Source: Pirellulales bacterium (lineage in GTDB: Bacteria; Planctomycetota; Planctomycetia; Pirellulales; PALSA-1355). Taken from it: a stretch of 64,000 bases of DNA. How positions within the stretch are numbered: the stretch's first letter is position 1; each line of letters opens with the position of its first letter. The stretch spans positions 2,495 through 66,494 of the forward strand of contig JBGSKX010000006.1 of the NCBI GenBank assembly GCA_041741015.1, given 5' to 3'. This document shows positions 27,840-37,212 of this stretch, piece after piece. The translations under genes and the position numbers were made by a program. The notes under the pieces are model-generated. The model did no database searches. It was not told where the DNA came from and saw nothing but the letters and a program-made list of their open reading frames with translations.

Positions 27840-29852
27840 ATGAGAGTCGCTAGATTCTGGAAGTGGACCGCCGTGGTCTTCATGACGGTGCTGCTGGCGC
27901 TGCCTGAGAGCACAGCCTGGGCTCAACGAGGGGGCGGCAGCCGAGGCGGCGGAAGTGGTGGTCGCAACAGTGGTGGCGGTGGCGGCGGAGCACGCTCGAT
28001 GGGCGGTGGGGGCGGCGGAAGTCGCAGTTTCTCGTCACGCGGCGGCGGTCCGTCGGTGTCTCGTAGCGGCAGCGGTTCGTCGATGTCACGCGGCTCGGCG
28101 CCGAGCATGCGTGGTTTTTCTTCCTCGAATCTCGGTGGCCGATCGGGTGGTTCACCCTCTAGTTCGCGCAGCTTCTCCGCTCCGAGTCGAAGTTCTACGC
28201 CCAGCGTGCGGAGTTTTTCCGGTTCCGGCGGTCGCTCGTCGATGAGCGAGAGCCGTAATCCCAGTTCGATCTCACGCTCGCCCAGCATGCGCGATTTCTC
28301 GGCTGGTAATCTCGGACGGTCGATTGACCGCGGCAGTGCTGGGCGTTTGGCTTCGCCGGGCGGCGGGCGAAGTTCGTCGGGGAATCCAACGGTGCGATCT
28401 GGCGGCTCGCCGGAATCTCGAAACTTCGCCGATCGTAACTTCTCATCGAGGAGCAATCTGACGCAAAGCGGCGGGCCGCAGCGCAACGCCAACCAGCGGT
28501 TCGAGGCCAACCGCCAGAATCTCGGGAACATCAGCCGAGGACCATCACGCGGCAACACCGTAGGGGCGGCTACTCCCGGTCGCACGGACGGAAATCGGTC
28601 CGATTTTGTCGCTCGCAACTTCGGCTCGACAAGAAACCCGATCCGCGTAGGCGATGGAAATGGACGGCCAGGTTCACCGGGCGATGACTTTCGCCGTGGC
28701 GATGGCAATCGCGGTGATTGGACTCGAGGCGATGGTAATCGGGGAGACTGGAATCGGGGCGAGTGGGCCCGCGGCGACGGCAATCGCGATGGAAATCGTG
28801 GAGGCGACTGGAATCGCAATAACAACTGGAACCGTGGCGATTGGGGCCGTAACGACTGGAATCGCGGCGACTGGGGAAAGAACAACTGGGGTCGCACCGA
28901 TTGGAACCGCCACGGTTGGAATCGGTGGGGCAACAGCTGGAACCACGGCTGGAATAATAATTGGAATAACAACTGGTGGGGAGGTAATCGTGGCTGGTGG
29001 GGCTACGGACGAAATGTCTGGTGGACCCCTGGCTGGAATAACTGGGCCTGGGGTTGGGGGTGGCCACTCATCGGTTGGAACAATTGGGGATTGGGTTGGG
29101 GGCTCGGCTGGGGCTTAAGTAACGTCGGTTGGGGCGGTTACGGTTACCCCACGTATTACGACACTACCTACGTTTATCCCACAACGACGCTCTACGCGGA
29201 CGCGACCGACGTGATTGTTCCCCAAGCACAGCAACCGGCGCTCGACCCGCTGGCAACCACGGGCGACTTCGTGTCCGATGGCGAAGCGGCGTTTCGCGCC
29301 GGTCGCTATCAAGACGCGCTTCGGTTGTGGCAACACTCGATGGTCGACGATCCGGACAATGGCGCGGTTGTGCTGCTGATGGCTCAGGCCCTGTTCGCGC
29401 TCGGCCAATATCAGTCGGCTGCAAACGCGACCCAAATGGGCATGCAAATGCTGCCGGAAACCGAGTGGGGCAATGTTGTTCGTAATTACACCCAGCTCTA
29501 CGGCAACATCGAGGATTACACCAACCAGGTGCGGGCAGCGGAGAAAGCTCGCGACACGCGAGCGGACGACGGGGCAGCGCGGTTCCTGCTCGGTTTTCAC
29601 TTCGGGTACTTGAACTATCCGAAGCAAGCCGTGCGTGAGCTGGATGCGGCGCTGGTGATCGAACCTCGCGATGTGGGGGCGGAAAAACTTCGCGACATCT
29701 TCGCCGCTCAAGCGGGGATGCCCGCCCGACCGCACACCGCGCAGCCCGCCGATGGACAACCGGCTGGTGGTGCTCCGGCTCCCGGCTCGCCAAGGCTTGG
29801 CCCAGATCAGAAGCCCGTCACGCCGCCGGCCCCGGTGGGTACGGATGCCTAA
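27840..29852 (+). CDS. Secreted low-complexity protein: signal peptide, Ser/Gly/Arg-rich repeats, Trp/Asn/Gly-rich repeats, TPR-like C-terminal domain
   Basis: Signal peptide MRVARFWKWTAVVFMTVLLALPESTAWA. It is the longest ORF at this locus (670 aa). The C-terminal part (GEAAFRAGRYQDALRLW ... ALFALGQYQSAANA) looks like TPR helices. The 349 aa antisense ORF reads as a mirror of the repeats. Confidence 0.75.
   Translation: MRVARFWKWTAVVFMTVLLALPESTAWAQRGGGSRGGGSGGRNSGGGGGGARSMGGGGGGSRSFSSRGGGPSVSRSGSGSSMSRGSAPSMRGFSSSNLGGRSGGSPSSSRSFSAPSRSSTPSVRSFSGSGGRSSMSESRNPSSISRSPSMRDFSAGNLGRSIDRGSAGRLASPGGGRSSSGNPTVRSGGSPESRNFADRNFSSRSNLTQSGGPQRNANQRFEANRQNLGNISRGPSRGNTVGAATPGRTDGNRSDFVARNFGSTRNPIRVGDGNGRPGSPGDDFRRGDGNRGDWTRGDGNRGDWNRGEWARGDGNRDGNRGGDWNRNNNWNRGDWGRNDWNRGDWGKNNWGRTDWNRHGWNRWGNSWNHGWNNNWNNNWWGGNRGWWGYGRNVWWTPGWNNWAWGWGWPLIGWNNWGLGWGLGWGLSNVGWGGYGYPTYYDTTYVYPTTTLYADATDVIVPQAQQPALDPLATTGDFVSDGEAAFRAGRYQDALRLWQHSMVDDPDNGAVVLLMAQALFALGQYQSAANATQMGMQMLPETEWGNVVRNYTQLYGNIEDYTNQVRAAEKARDTRADDGAARFLLGFHFGYLNYPKQAVRELDAALVIEPRDVGAEKLRDIFAAQAGMPARPHTAQPADGQPAGGAPAPGSPRLGPDQKPVTPPAPVGTDA
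28680..29180 (+). repeat. In-frame degenerate short repeats encoding the RGDGN / GDWNR / WNN / GWG tracts
   Basis: Reiterated ggcgatggcaatcg, gactggaatcg and ggctgg units. The translation is RGDGNRGDWTRGDGNRGDWNRGEW...NWNRGDWGRNDWNRGDWGKNNWGRTDWNRHGWNRWGNSWNHGWNNNWNNNWWGG...GWGWPLIGWNNWGLGWGLGWGL. Confidence 0.8.
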
Positions 29853-29879
29853 AGCATTTTAGTCACCTTGAAACGTTAT

Positions 29880-29918
29880 GCCCGCTGCTGAGGTCTCTTG
29901 GCAGCGGGCATTTGTTGC
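29880..29918 (+). terminator. Rho-independent terminator candidate
   Basis: Stem gcccgctgc / gcagcgggc followed by atttgttg, about 30 nt after the stop at 29852. Confidence 0.55.
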
Positions 29919-29939
29919 ACGGCTGACGGAACATTCCGA

Positions 29940-30635
29940 TCACTCGCCGGGGGTGGTGACCAGCAGTTTTTCGGCAGCCGCCTGACCAAGTGTCGTTTCC
30001 GCCCCAGCAATCCGCACGGTGATGACGCCGCCTTCGGGTGTGTTGGCAATCACTTCTCCTGCCACACCGAGGGGTAAACCTGCGTTGCTCAAAAAACGCA
30101 GGAACTCGGGCGACTGGTCAATGACGCGCGAGAGCTGGAAGGTGTCGCCGACCTGGCACTCGGCCAGCGAACGGCTCTTGGGGACTTTTAGCGTGCCATC
30201 GGAGCTTGGAATCGGGTCGCCATGAGGATCGGCCTCGGGGTGGCCGAGGAACGCGTCGATGCGGTCGATGAGGCGATCGCTCACCGCATGTTCCATATGC
30301 TCGGCTTCTTCGTGGACTTCGTCCCAGCTGAGATCGAGCGTCTTGACGAGGAAAAGCTCGATAAGGCGGTGCCGCCGCACAACGCGGAGCGCCAGGGCCG
30401 AGCCGGCGCCTGTGAGCCGCACGCCCTCGTACGGCGTGTACGTGACCAGCTTACTCTCGCTGAGAGTTTTAAGCATGCTGGTTACTGTGCCGGGCGATAC
30501 TCCCAGGGCCGTAGCTAACTGCCCAGTCGCGGCATGGCCGTCGCTGGTATGGCAGATCTGGTAGATCGATTTGATGTAGTTCTCGACCGTCAGGCTTGGC
30601 AAGGCCGCCTCCCCGCACTTTCGACGTCTGCGCAC
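29940..30635 (-). CDS. DtxR/MntR-family metal-dependent transcriptional regulator with a C-terminal FeoA/SH3-like domain
   Basis: LTVENYIKSIYQI, the winged HTH ATGQLATALGVSPGTVTSMLKTL, the metal-site region EVHEEAEHMEHA..HPE.DPHGDPIP, and the C-terminal GDTFQLSRV. Confidence 0.85.
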   Translation of the reverse strand: MRRRRKCGEAALPSLTVENYIKSIYQICHTSDGHAATGQLATALGVSPGTVTSMLKTLSESKLVTYTPYEGVRLTGAGSALALRVVRRHRLIELFLVKTLDLSWDEVHEEAEHMEHAVSDRLIDRIDAFLGHPEADPHGDPIPSSDGTLKVPKSRSLAECQVGDTFQLSRVIDQSPEFLRFLSNAGLPLGVAGEVIANTPEGGVITVRIAGAETTLGQAAAEKLLVTTPGE

Positions 30636-30791
30636 GAATGAACCGCCAGTGGTATTCTAGCCCTCAATTGCGCAGGGAGCCATGAGAGCCAACGATTCTC
30701 GCGGCGGCCGGGTTGCCGGGCCCATTGCGGGAAGCACATGCTCGCGAGATGATGGCGGCAACTATTCGCCCGGGTTGCTTAGGAATCGGTC

Positions 30792-31742
30792 GTGCGTCCC
30801 TTAAACGAGCTTGCTCACGAATTGTGCGAACAACTGGTAGCCGAGGCTGCCGACTTGCGCGTTTCCGTCGCACAGTCGGGTAACGGCGTGCGACTGATCG
30901 ATTGCGGAATCACTGCCTCTGGCGGTTTGGAAGCTGGCCGACGACTGGCCGAGATCTGCCTTTCGGGACTGGGGCAAGTCAGCTACGTGCCGTCGCAATT
31001 GGCGGAAACCCCGGGCTTGGCGGTGCAAGTTGTCACGGATCGTCCACTCGAAGCCTGCATGGCTTCGCAGTATGCCGGCTGGCAGATCGCCGAAGGCAAA
31101 TACTTCGCGATGGGATCGGGTCCGATGCGGTCGCTTGCTCGCAAGGAGCCGCTGTTCGCCAAGATTGGATATCAGGAGTCTGCGAAAGTAGCCATCGGAG
31201 TGCTGGAAACCAGCAAGGTTCCGCCAGACGAGTTGTGCCACAAACTGGCGGAGGAGTGCGGCGTCTCGCCTGAAAAGCTCACATTGCTCATGGCGTCCAC
31301 TGCGAGCCTGGCCGGCATGGTGCAGATCGTCGCCCGAAGCGTCGAAACAGCGATGCACAAGCTGTTTGAACTGGGCTTCGATTTAGCACGCGTCGAGAGC
31401 GGCTTCGGAACGGCGCCGCTGCCGCCGGCATCTGCAGATAACCTGGTGGCGATTGGACGTACCAACGACGCAATTCTGTACGGCGGTGAGGTGACGCTGT
31501 TCGTGCGCGGCGATGACGCCAGCCTCGAGCAACTCGGCCCCAAGGTTCCCAGCGGTGCGTCGTCCGATCATGGGCAGCCGTTTGCCGCGATCTTCGCACG
31601 TGCGGGGCAAGATTTTTACAAGATCGATCCGCACCTGTTCAGTCCTGCACGGATCGTGCTTTCGAACCTGGACACGGGCCGCACGTTCGCGTTCGGTCGG
31701 ACGTTGCCACGGGTGATTCACGAATCTTTCGATCTGCGGTAG
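30792..31742 (+). CDS. mch: Methenyltetrahydromethanopterin cyclohydrolase (Mch)
   Basis: About 316 aa with LIDCGI, GGLEAGRRLAEICLSGLG, SQYAGWQI, FAMGSGPMRSLA, GRTNDAILYGG and DFYKIDPHLFSPA, as remembered for the methylotroph and planctomycete Mch. Confidence 0.85.
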   Translation: MRPLNELAHELCEQLVAEAADLRVSVAQSGNGVRLIDCGITASGGLEAGRRLAEICLSGLGQVSYVPSQLAETPGLAVQVVTDRPLEACMASQYAGWQIAEGKYFAMGSGPMRSLARKEPLFAKIGYQESAKVAIGVLETSKVPPDELCHKLAEECGVSPEKLTLLMASTASLAGMVQIVARSVETAMHKLFELGFDLARVESGFGTAPLPPASADNLVAIGRTNDAILYGGEVTLFVRGDDASLEQLGPKVPSGASSDHGQPFAAIFARAGQDFYKIDPHLFSPARIVLSNLDTGRTFAFGRTLPRVIHESFDLR

Positions 31743-31753
31743 GTGCGAATCTC

Positions 31754-32635
31754 ATGCACTTTGCCGTTCTCTGCTCACCGACGAGCTGGTATTTACAGGA
31801 CCTGCGCCGAGCGGCCGCTGGGGACCACGAGCTCACGCCGATTGCATTTCGCGACCTTGCTGCCGAGCTGGGGCCGTCTGGTCCGCGATTCATCGCGGGA
31901 GGTCTCGATCTTGCGGCCGTCGACGTGTTACTGGTCCGGACGATGCCGCCCGCATCGCTCGAGCAGGTTGTGATGCGAATGGACGTCCTGGGGCGACTTG
32001 AAGCGGCAGGAACGCTGGTCGTCAACTCCGCCCGGGCAGTGGAAGCCGCGGTGGACAAGTACCTGGCGAGCGCGAAGCTCGCTGCAGCAGGACTGAAGAC
32101 TCCCGAAACCATTGTGTGTCAGACCGTCGACGCAGCCATGGAGGCGTTTGCCCGCTTGGGCGGAGACGTGGTGCTGAAGCCGCTGTTTGGCGGCGAAGGT
32201 CGTGGAATCGCGCGGCTGGAAGATGAGGCGATCGCCCAACGCACGTTCAGCCTGCTCACCGGACTGGGGGCCGTGCTTTACGTGCAGCGGTTCGTCCCCC
32301 ATGATGGATGGGACATTCGCGTGCTGGTGGTCGGCGAGGGGATGTGGGCGATGCGGAGACGTAACCCGCTTGATTGGCGGACCAATGTGAGCCGCGGGGC
32401 GATAGCCGAGGCGATTGAATGCGATCCGCACTGGGCTCAACTGGCGCGGCGCGCGGCCGATGCGATTGGCGCCGTGATTGCCGGAGTCGATTTGCTGCCT
32501 GGCCGCGATCATGAGCTACACGTAATTGAAGTTAACGCGGTGCCTGGCTGGCAGGCGTTGGCGCGAACGCTGGAAGTCGACATCGCCCGCGAAGTACTCG
32601 ACTATGTTGGCGGGCAGGTCGCGAGGCAACAGTAA
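31754..32635 (+). CDS. ATP-grasp ligase of the RimK family (H4MPT-cluster associated, MptN-like)
   Basis: ATP-grasp blocks VVLKPLFGGEGRGI, YVQRFV and DIRVLVVG are present, and IEVNAVPGW follows them. The gene starts 12 nt after the mch stop. Confidence 0.75.
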   Translation: MHFAVLCSPTSWYLQDLRRAAAGDHELTPIAFRDLAAELGPSGPRFIAGGLDLAAVDVLLVRTMPPASLEQVVMRMDVLGRLEAAGTLVVNSARAVEAAVDKYLASAKLAAAGLKTPETIVCQTVDAAMEAFARLGGDVVLKPLFGGEGRGIARLEDEAIAQRTFSLLTGLGAVLYVQRFVPHDGWDIRVLVVGEGMWAMRRRNPLDWRTNVSRGAIAEAIECDPHWAQLARRAADAIGAVIAGVDLLPGRDHELHVIEVNAVPGWQALARTLEVDIAREVLDYVGGQVARQQ

Positions 32636-32661
32636 CCGTAGGCCAACGAGCGAAGTGATTC

Positions 32662-34353
32662 ATGTCCCGCGTGACGAACTCGACGGCGATTGCTGCTGTG
32701 CCCGCGCCCGTGAACGTAGCGCGGCGGTTGGCGGCAATGGCCGAGCGTATGCCGGGCGCGGTTGCCGTTGCCGTGCCGCGAAAAAGTCGGGGCCGGTTCG
32801 CGTACGACAGGTGCACGTTCGCGGAACTCGAAGCGGAGACAAATCGTATCGCGAGTGGCCTGCGCACATTGGGCGTCACGCCCGGGACGCGGATCGCGCT
32901 GCTCGTCAAGCCAAGCCGCGAATTCATCGCGCTGGTGTTCGGACTGTTCAAGGCCGGTGCGGTGATCATCCTGATTGATCCGGGCATGGGGCGGCGCAAT
33001 CTGCTGCGCTGTCTGGCCGATGCCGAGCCGGCAGGTTTCATTGCAATTCCTGCTGTGCATGGGCTGCGCCGCCTATTGCGATCGCGTTTCCCCAAGGCGC
33101 GGTTCAATGTCACGGTCGGGCGGCGGCTGTTCTGGGACGGAATTACTTACGCCGAGCTGCTCGAGCTGGGTTCATCCAAGCCGACATGCCAGGAGACCTC
33201 GGCCGACGATCCCGCCGCGATCATTTTCACCACAGGCAGTACGGGACCTCCCAAAGGCGTACTGTACCGCCATGGGAACTTCGACCGCCAGGTGAGAGAG
33301 ATCTCCGAGTTTTACGGAATTCAGCCGGGAGAGATCGATGTACCCGGCTTTCCACTTTTCGGGCTGTTTAATGCGGCGATGGGTGTGACGACGGTCATTC
33401 CCATCATGGACGCCTCGCGTCCCGCGCGCATCGATCCCAAGAAGTTCGTGGCCGTCGTGCAGGACTGGCAAGCCACGCAGTCGTTTGGCTCGCCGGCGAT
33501 TTGGAACCGCGTCGGCCAATACTGCGAAAAGCACAACGTGCGGCTGCCGCTGCAGCGTGTGATATCGGCCGGAGCGCCGGTGCCACCCCACGTGCTGGCG
33601 CGTATGAAAGCGGCGATCGCTTCGGACGGCGACGTGCATACCCCCTACGGAGCCACCGAGGCATTACCCGTCGCGTCGCTCTCGGCCAGCGAGATCTTGT
33701 CCGAAACGCGCCATCATTGGGCTCAGGGTGGGGGGACCTGCGTCGGCGGCCACTTTCCGGGCATCCAGTGGAAGATCATCGCGATCACGGATGAGCCGAT
33801 CGAATCGATCGACGACGTGCGGGAGCTTCCCCAAGGACAGATTGGCGAAATCATCGTCACGGGGTCGGTGGTCACACACGAGTATGTGACTCGCCGCGAA
33901 TCGAACGCCCTGGCGAAGATTTCCGACGGCCCACGCGTCTGGCACCGCATGGGGGACGTTGGCTATCTGGACGAGCGTGGCCGCTTTTGGTTCTGTGGCC
34001 GGAAAGCTCACCGGGTAGAAACCACGCACGGACCGATGTACTCGATTCCCTGCGAAGCGATCTTCAATCAGCATCCGGTAGTATACCGCTCAGCGCTCGT
34101 GGGCGTCGGGCAGACGGGTAAGCAGCGGCCGGTGATCATTGTCGAGCCATGGCCGGGAATGCGGCCACGCTGGCGAAAGGCGCGTGAAGCACTCATTGTG
34201 GAACTCGCACAGCTCGGTAAAGCGAATCCACTGACCGTTTCCATAGAGCAGTTTCTGATACACCCGGCGATGCCGGTGGACATTCGGCATAACGCCAAGA
34301 TATTTCGCGAGAAGTTGGCTCCCTGGGCGGCTCGCAAACTGGGATGGCACTAA
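32662..34353 (+). CDS. AMP-dependent synthetase/ligase (fatty-acyl-AMP ligase / OleC-like beta-lactone synthetase family)
   Basis: Adenylate-forming core motifs FTTGSTGPPKG, YGATE and GDVGYLDERGRFWFCGRK. It is followed, with a 10-nt overlap, by an OleD-like reductase. Confidence 0.8.
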   Translation: MSRVTNSTAIAAVPAPVNVARRLAAMAERMPGAVAVAVPRKSRGRFAYDRCTFAELEAETNRIASGLRTLGVTPGTRIALLVKPSREFIALVFGLFKAGAVIILIDPGMGRRNLLRCLADAEPAGFIAIPAVHGLRRLLRSRFPKARFNVTVGRRLFWDGITYAELLELGSSKPTCQETSADDPAAIIFTTGSTGPPKGVLYRHGNFDRQVREISEFYGIQPGEIDVPGFPLFGLFNAAMGVTTVIPIMDASRPARIDPKKFVAVVQDWQATQSFGSPAIWNRVGQYCEKHNVRLPLQRVISAGAPVPPHVLARMKAAIASDGDVHTPYGATEALPVASLSASEILSETRHHWAQGGGTCVGGHFPGIQWKIIAITDEPIESIDDVRELPQGQIGEIIVTGSVVTHEYVTRRESNALAKISDGPRVWHRMGDVGYLDERGRFWFCGRKAHRVETTHGPMYSIPCEAIFNQHPVVYRSALVGVGQTGKQRPVIIVEPWPGMRPRWRKAREALIVELAQLGKANPLTVSIEQFLIHPAMPVDIRHNAKIFREKLAPWAARKLGWH

Positions 34354-35351
34354 TGCGCGTGCTAGTCACTGGCGGCGGAGGTTTTCTAGGCCGCGCGATC
34401 ATCGAGCAACTGCTCGCTCGGGGCGACGAGGTTCGCAGCCTCGCGCGGGGCAATTACCCTGAGTTGGAAGCACGCGGCGTCGAATGTCTGCGCGGCGACA
34501 TTCGCGATGCAGCCAGAGTGTCCAGTGCGTGCGCCGACTGCGAGCTGGTGTTTCATACGGCCGCCGTGGCGGGCATCTGGGGACCTTGGGAGCACTTCTA
34601 CGGGATCAATGTGCTGGGGACACGGAACGTTATTGCGGCTTGTCGCGAGCGCAAAGTGCCGAAGCTCGTTTATACGAGCAGCCCCAGCGTGACATTCGGC
34701 GGTAACCCGCAGGAGAACGTTGACGAGAGCGTGGGCTACGCGAGCCGCTGGCTGTGCCATTACGCCCAGACCAAGGCGCTGGGCGAGCAGGAAGCCCTGG
34801 CTGCGAACACGCGGGCACTGGCGGTCTGCGCCTTGCGACCGCATTTGATTTGGGGGCCGGGCGACCAGCACTTGATTCCGCGGTTGATCGAGCGAGCTCG
34901 CAGCGGGCAGTTGCGCCGCGTCGGAAACGGCAAGAATCTGATCGACATGGTGTATGTGGACAACGCAGCCGCAGCTCATGTGCAGGCGGCCGAGGCCCTG
35001 TTGCCGGGTTCGCCGGTAGCGGGCCGGGCCTACTTCATCAGCCAAGGAGAGCCGGTCAACTGCTGGCAGTGGATCGACGAACTGCTCGGGCTCTCGGGTT
35101 TGCCGCCCGTCGAGCGGAGCATCTCGCTGTCGGCGGCGTGGCAGGTTGGTGCGGCCATGGAATGGGCGTACCGGTTGCTGCGTCTGACGGGTGAGCCGCG
35201 AATGACTCGATTTCTGGCGGGCCAGTTAGGGATGTCGCATTACTTCGACATCACGGCGGCGCGGCGAGATTTTGGCTATCGGCCTGGGGTCGGCAAAGAG
35301 GCTGGAATGGAGCGTTTACGCGTCACTCTGCGCGCGGATGAGTCGCATTAG
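34344..35351 (+). CDS. NAD(P)-dependent 3-beta-hydroxysteroid dehydrogenase/epimerase family reductase (OleD-like)
   Basis: VLVTGGGGFLG, the YAQTK YxxxK motif, ALRPHLIWGPGDQHLIPRL and AYFISQGEP. Confidence 0.8.
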   Translation: MALMRVLVTGGGGFLGRAIIEQLLARGDEVRSLARGNYPELEARGVECLRGDIRDAARVSSACADCELVFHTAAVAGIWGPWEHFYGINVLGTRNVIAACRERKVPKLVYTSSPSVTFGGNPQENVDESVGYASRWLCHYAQTKALGEQEALAANTRALAVCALRPHLIWGPGDQHLIPRLIERARSGQLRRVGNGKNLIDMVYVDNAAAAHVQAAEALLPGSPVAGRAYFISQGEPVNCWQWIDELLGLSGLPPVERSISLSAAWQVGAAMEWAYRLLRLTGEPRMTRFLAGQLGMSHYFDITAARRDFGYRPGVGKEAGMERLRVTLRADESH

Positions 35352-35547
35352 ACAAGCTTTGCGATACCGAATTGAGCGCTTTGCAGAGCAAAGTCATTCG
35401 CGACCGCGCAGGGGGCGTTTCACGCGCCTGGCGAGGCCTTGCCAGTGGCACGGAAAGCCGCTAATTTCAAGGGTTTGAGCGAGGTGGTCGAGGCGTGCGT
35501 AAGATCATGGTGTCAGGACGTTTTTGGATCTACACGGAAGTCGCGCC

Positions 35548-36804
35548 ATGATTGCCAACCCAGCCACCCAGCGACCGGATCACGAGCGAATCGTGATTAC
35601 CGGAGTCGGCCTTGCCGCTCCGAACGGCAACTCGCTGAGCGAGTTTCGCGAGGCTCTGCTCAACGGTCGCAGCGGCGTTTCGGAGTACGAGATTCGCTAC
35701 GTCGGCAAGACCTTGGCCGGCGTCTGCAATTTCGACGAGCTTCGCTACCAGAAGAAGAAGGAACTGCGCCGCGGCACCCGGGCGGCCAGCGTCGGCATCT
35801 ACTGTGCGAACGAAGCCGTGAAGGATGCCGGGCTGGACTGGCCCAACGTCGACAAGTCGATGGTGGGCATCTACATCGGCGTGACCGAGCACGGCAACGT
35901 CGAGACAGAAAACGAAATTTATGAGCTGCGCGGCTTCGACTATGACACGAAGTTCTGGTCGCATCACCACAATCCGCGAACAGTTGCGAACAATCCCGCC
36001 GGCGAGATCTCGCTGAACATGGGAATCACGGGGCCGCACTACACGGTGGGCGCCGCCTGTGCGGCGGGTAACGCCGGTTTGATCCAGGGTGCGCAGATGC
36101 TGCGGCTGGGCGAGTGCGACGTCGCGATTGCCGGCGGTGTTTCCGAGAGCGTGCGAACGTTCGGCATTTTTGCCAGCTTCGCCAGCCAGGGTGCGCTGGC
36201 CACGCATGCCGATCCGGCCAAGGCCTCGCGCCCGTTCGACACCGAGCGGAACGGGATCGTGGTGGCCGAAGGGGGCTGCCTGTACATCCTCGAGCGGCTG
36301 AGCGACGCCAAGCGGCGCGGCGCGAAGATCTATGGCGAAGTGGCCGGCTACGCAATGAACAGCGACGCGAGCGACTTCGTGCTGCCGAACCCGGTGCGCC
36401 AGGCTGAGTGTGTGCAACTGGCATTGCGGCGGGCGCGCTTGACGCCCCAGCAGGTGGACATCGTGAGCACGCACGCGACGGGGACCTCGAGCGGAGACGT
36501 GCAGGAGTGCACGGCGCTGCGCAGCGTGTTCGCCGGTTCGGAATCGACCTGGTTCAATAACGCCAAGAGTTTCATTGGCCACGCGATGGGTGCCGCCGGT
36601 TCGCTGGAGTTGGGCGGAAACCTGCCGGCGTTTGCCGACGGCGTGTGCCATCCTACGATCAACGTTGACACGCTCGACCCCGAGTGTGCCCTGGACGGAC
36701 TGGTGGTCAACGAGGCCCGCGAAAAGAATCGCGTGAACGTCATTCTGAACAATTCGTTCGGAATGCTCGGGATCAACTCGGTCGTCATCATTACCCGCAT
36801 CTAA
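35548..36804 (+). CDS. Beta-ketoacyl-ACP synthase (FabF/FabB-type KS)
   Basis: RIVITGVGL, active-site Cys in GAACAAG, and the His pair in STHATGT and FIGHAMGAAG. The ATG at 35548 is preferred over TTG 35524. Confidence 0.88.
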   Translation: MIANPATQRPDHERIVITGVGLAAPNGNSLSEFREALLNGRSGVSEYEIRYVGKTLAGVCNFDELRYQKKKELRRGTRAASVGIYCANEAVKDAGLDWPNVDKSMVGIYIGVTEHGNVETENEIYELRGFDYDTKFWSHHHNPRTVANNPAGEISLNMGITGPHYTVGAACAAGNAGLIQGAQMLRLGECDVAIAGGVSESVRTFGIFASFASQGALATHADPAKASRPFDTERNGIVVAEGGCLYILERLSDAKRRGAKIYGEVAGYAMNSDASDFVLPNPVRQAECVQLALRRARLTPQQVDIVSTHATGTSSGDVQECTALRSVFAGSESTWFNNAKSFIGHAMGAAGSLELGGNLPAFADGVCHPTINVDTLDPECALDGLVVNEAREKNRVNVILNNSFGMLGINSVVIITRI

Positions 36805-36834
36805 CGAGCCTGCTTCACTGGAGAACCTGAGGGC

Positions 36835-37095
36835 ATGGGTCCTGCTGAAATCAAAGAGACGATTCTCGACATCCTGGAAGGCATCGCGCCGGACGAAGAT
36901 CTGAGCGGCCTGAAGGATGACGTGCCGCTGCGCGAGCAACTGGAGCTCGACAGCATGGACTTTCTGGACATCGTGATGGAGCTCCGCAAGCGTTACCGGG
37001 TGCAGATTCCCGAGGACGACTACCTGGAGCTGGCCACGATGAACAGCACGGTGAACTACCTGACGCCGCTGATGAAGGACCTGGAGAAGGTCTGA
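36835..37095 (+). CDS. Acyl carrier protein
   Basis: 86 aa with the phosphopantetheine attachment motif LELDSMDFLDIV. Confidence 0.88.
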   Translation: MGPAEIKETILDILEGIAPDEDLSGLKDDVPLREQLELDSMDFLDIVMELRKRYRVQIPEDDYLELATMNSTVNYLTPLMKDLEKV

Positions 37096-37212
37096 TCCTC
37101 CCTCGGACGAACTGATCCCAATGGGCCAAAAGAACCCGTTGGGCGAATCCGCGAATCGCACCAAATCCCACCTGGCAACATCCGCGACGCCAGTCGCGAG
37201 CTAAGAGCGTTC

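Noticed and set aside
35447-35463. Sigma-54-like element TGGCACGGAAAGCCGCT upstream of the KS gene
   Set aside because: The -24 TGGCAC is good. The -12 part reads CCGC instead of TTGC, and the GG-to-GC spacing is off by one. No enhancer-binding protein gene is nearby, so the evidence is too weak to call.
35530-37164. 544 aa minus-strand ORF antisense to the KS and ACP genes
   Set aside because: It spans two well-supported plus-strand genes and their intergenic gap, and it has a low-complexity Arg/Val/His-rich translation. Shadow ORF.
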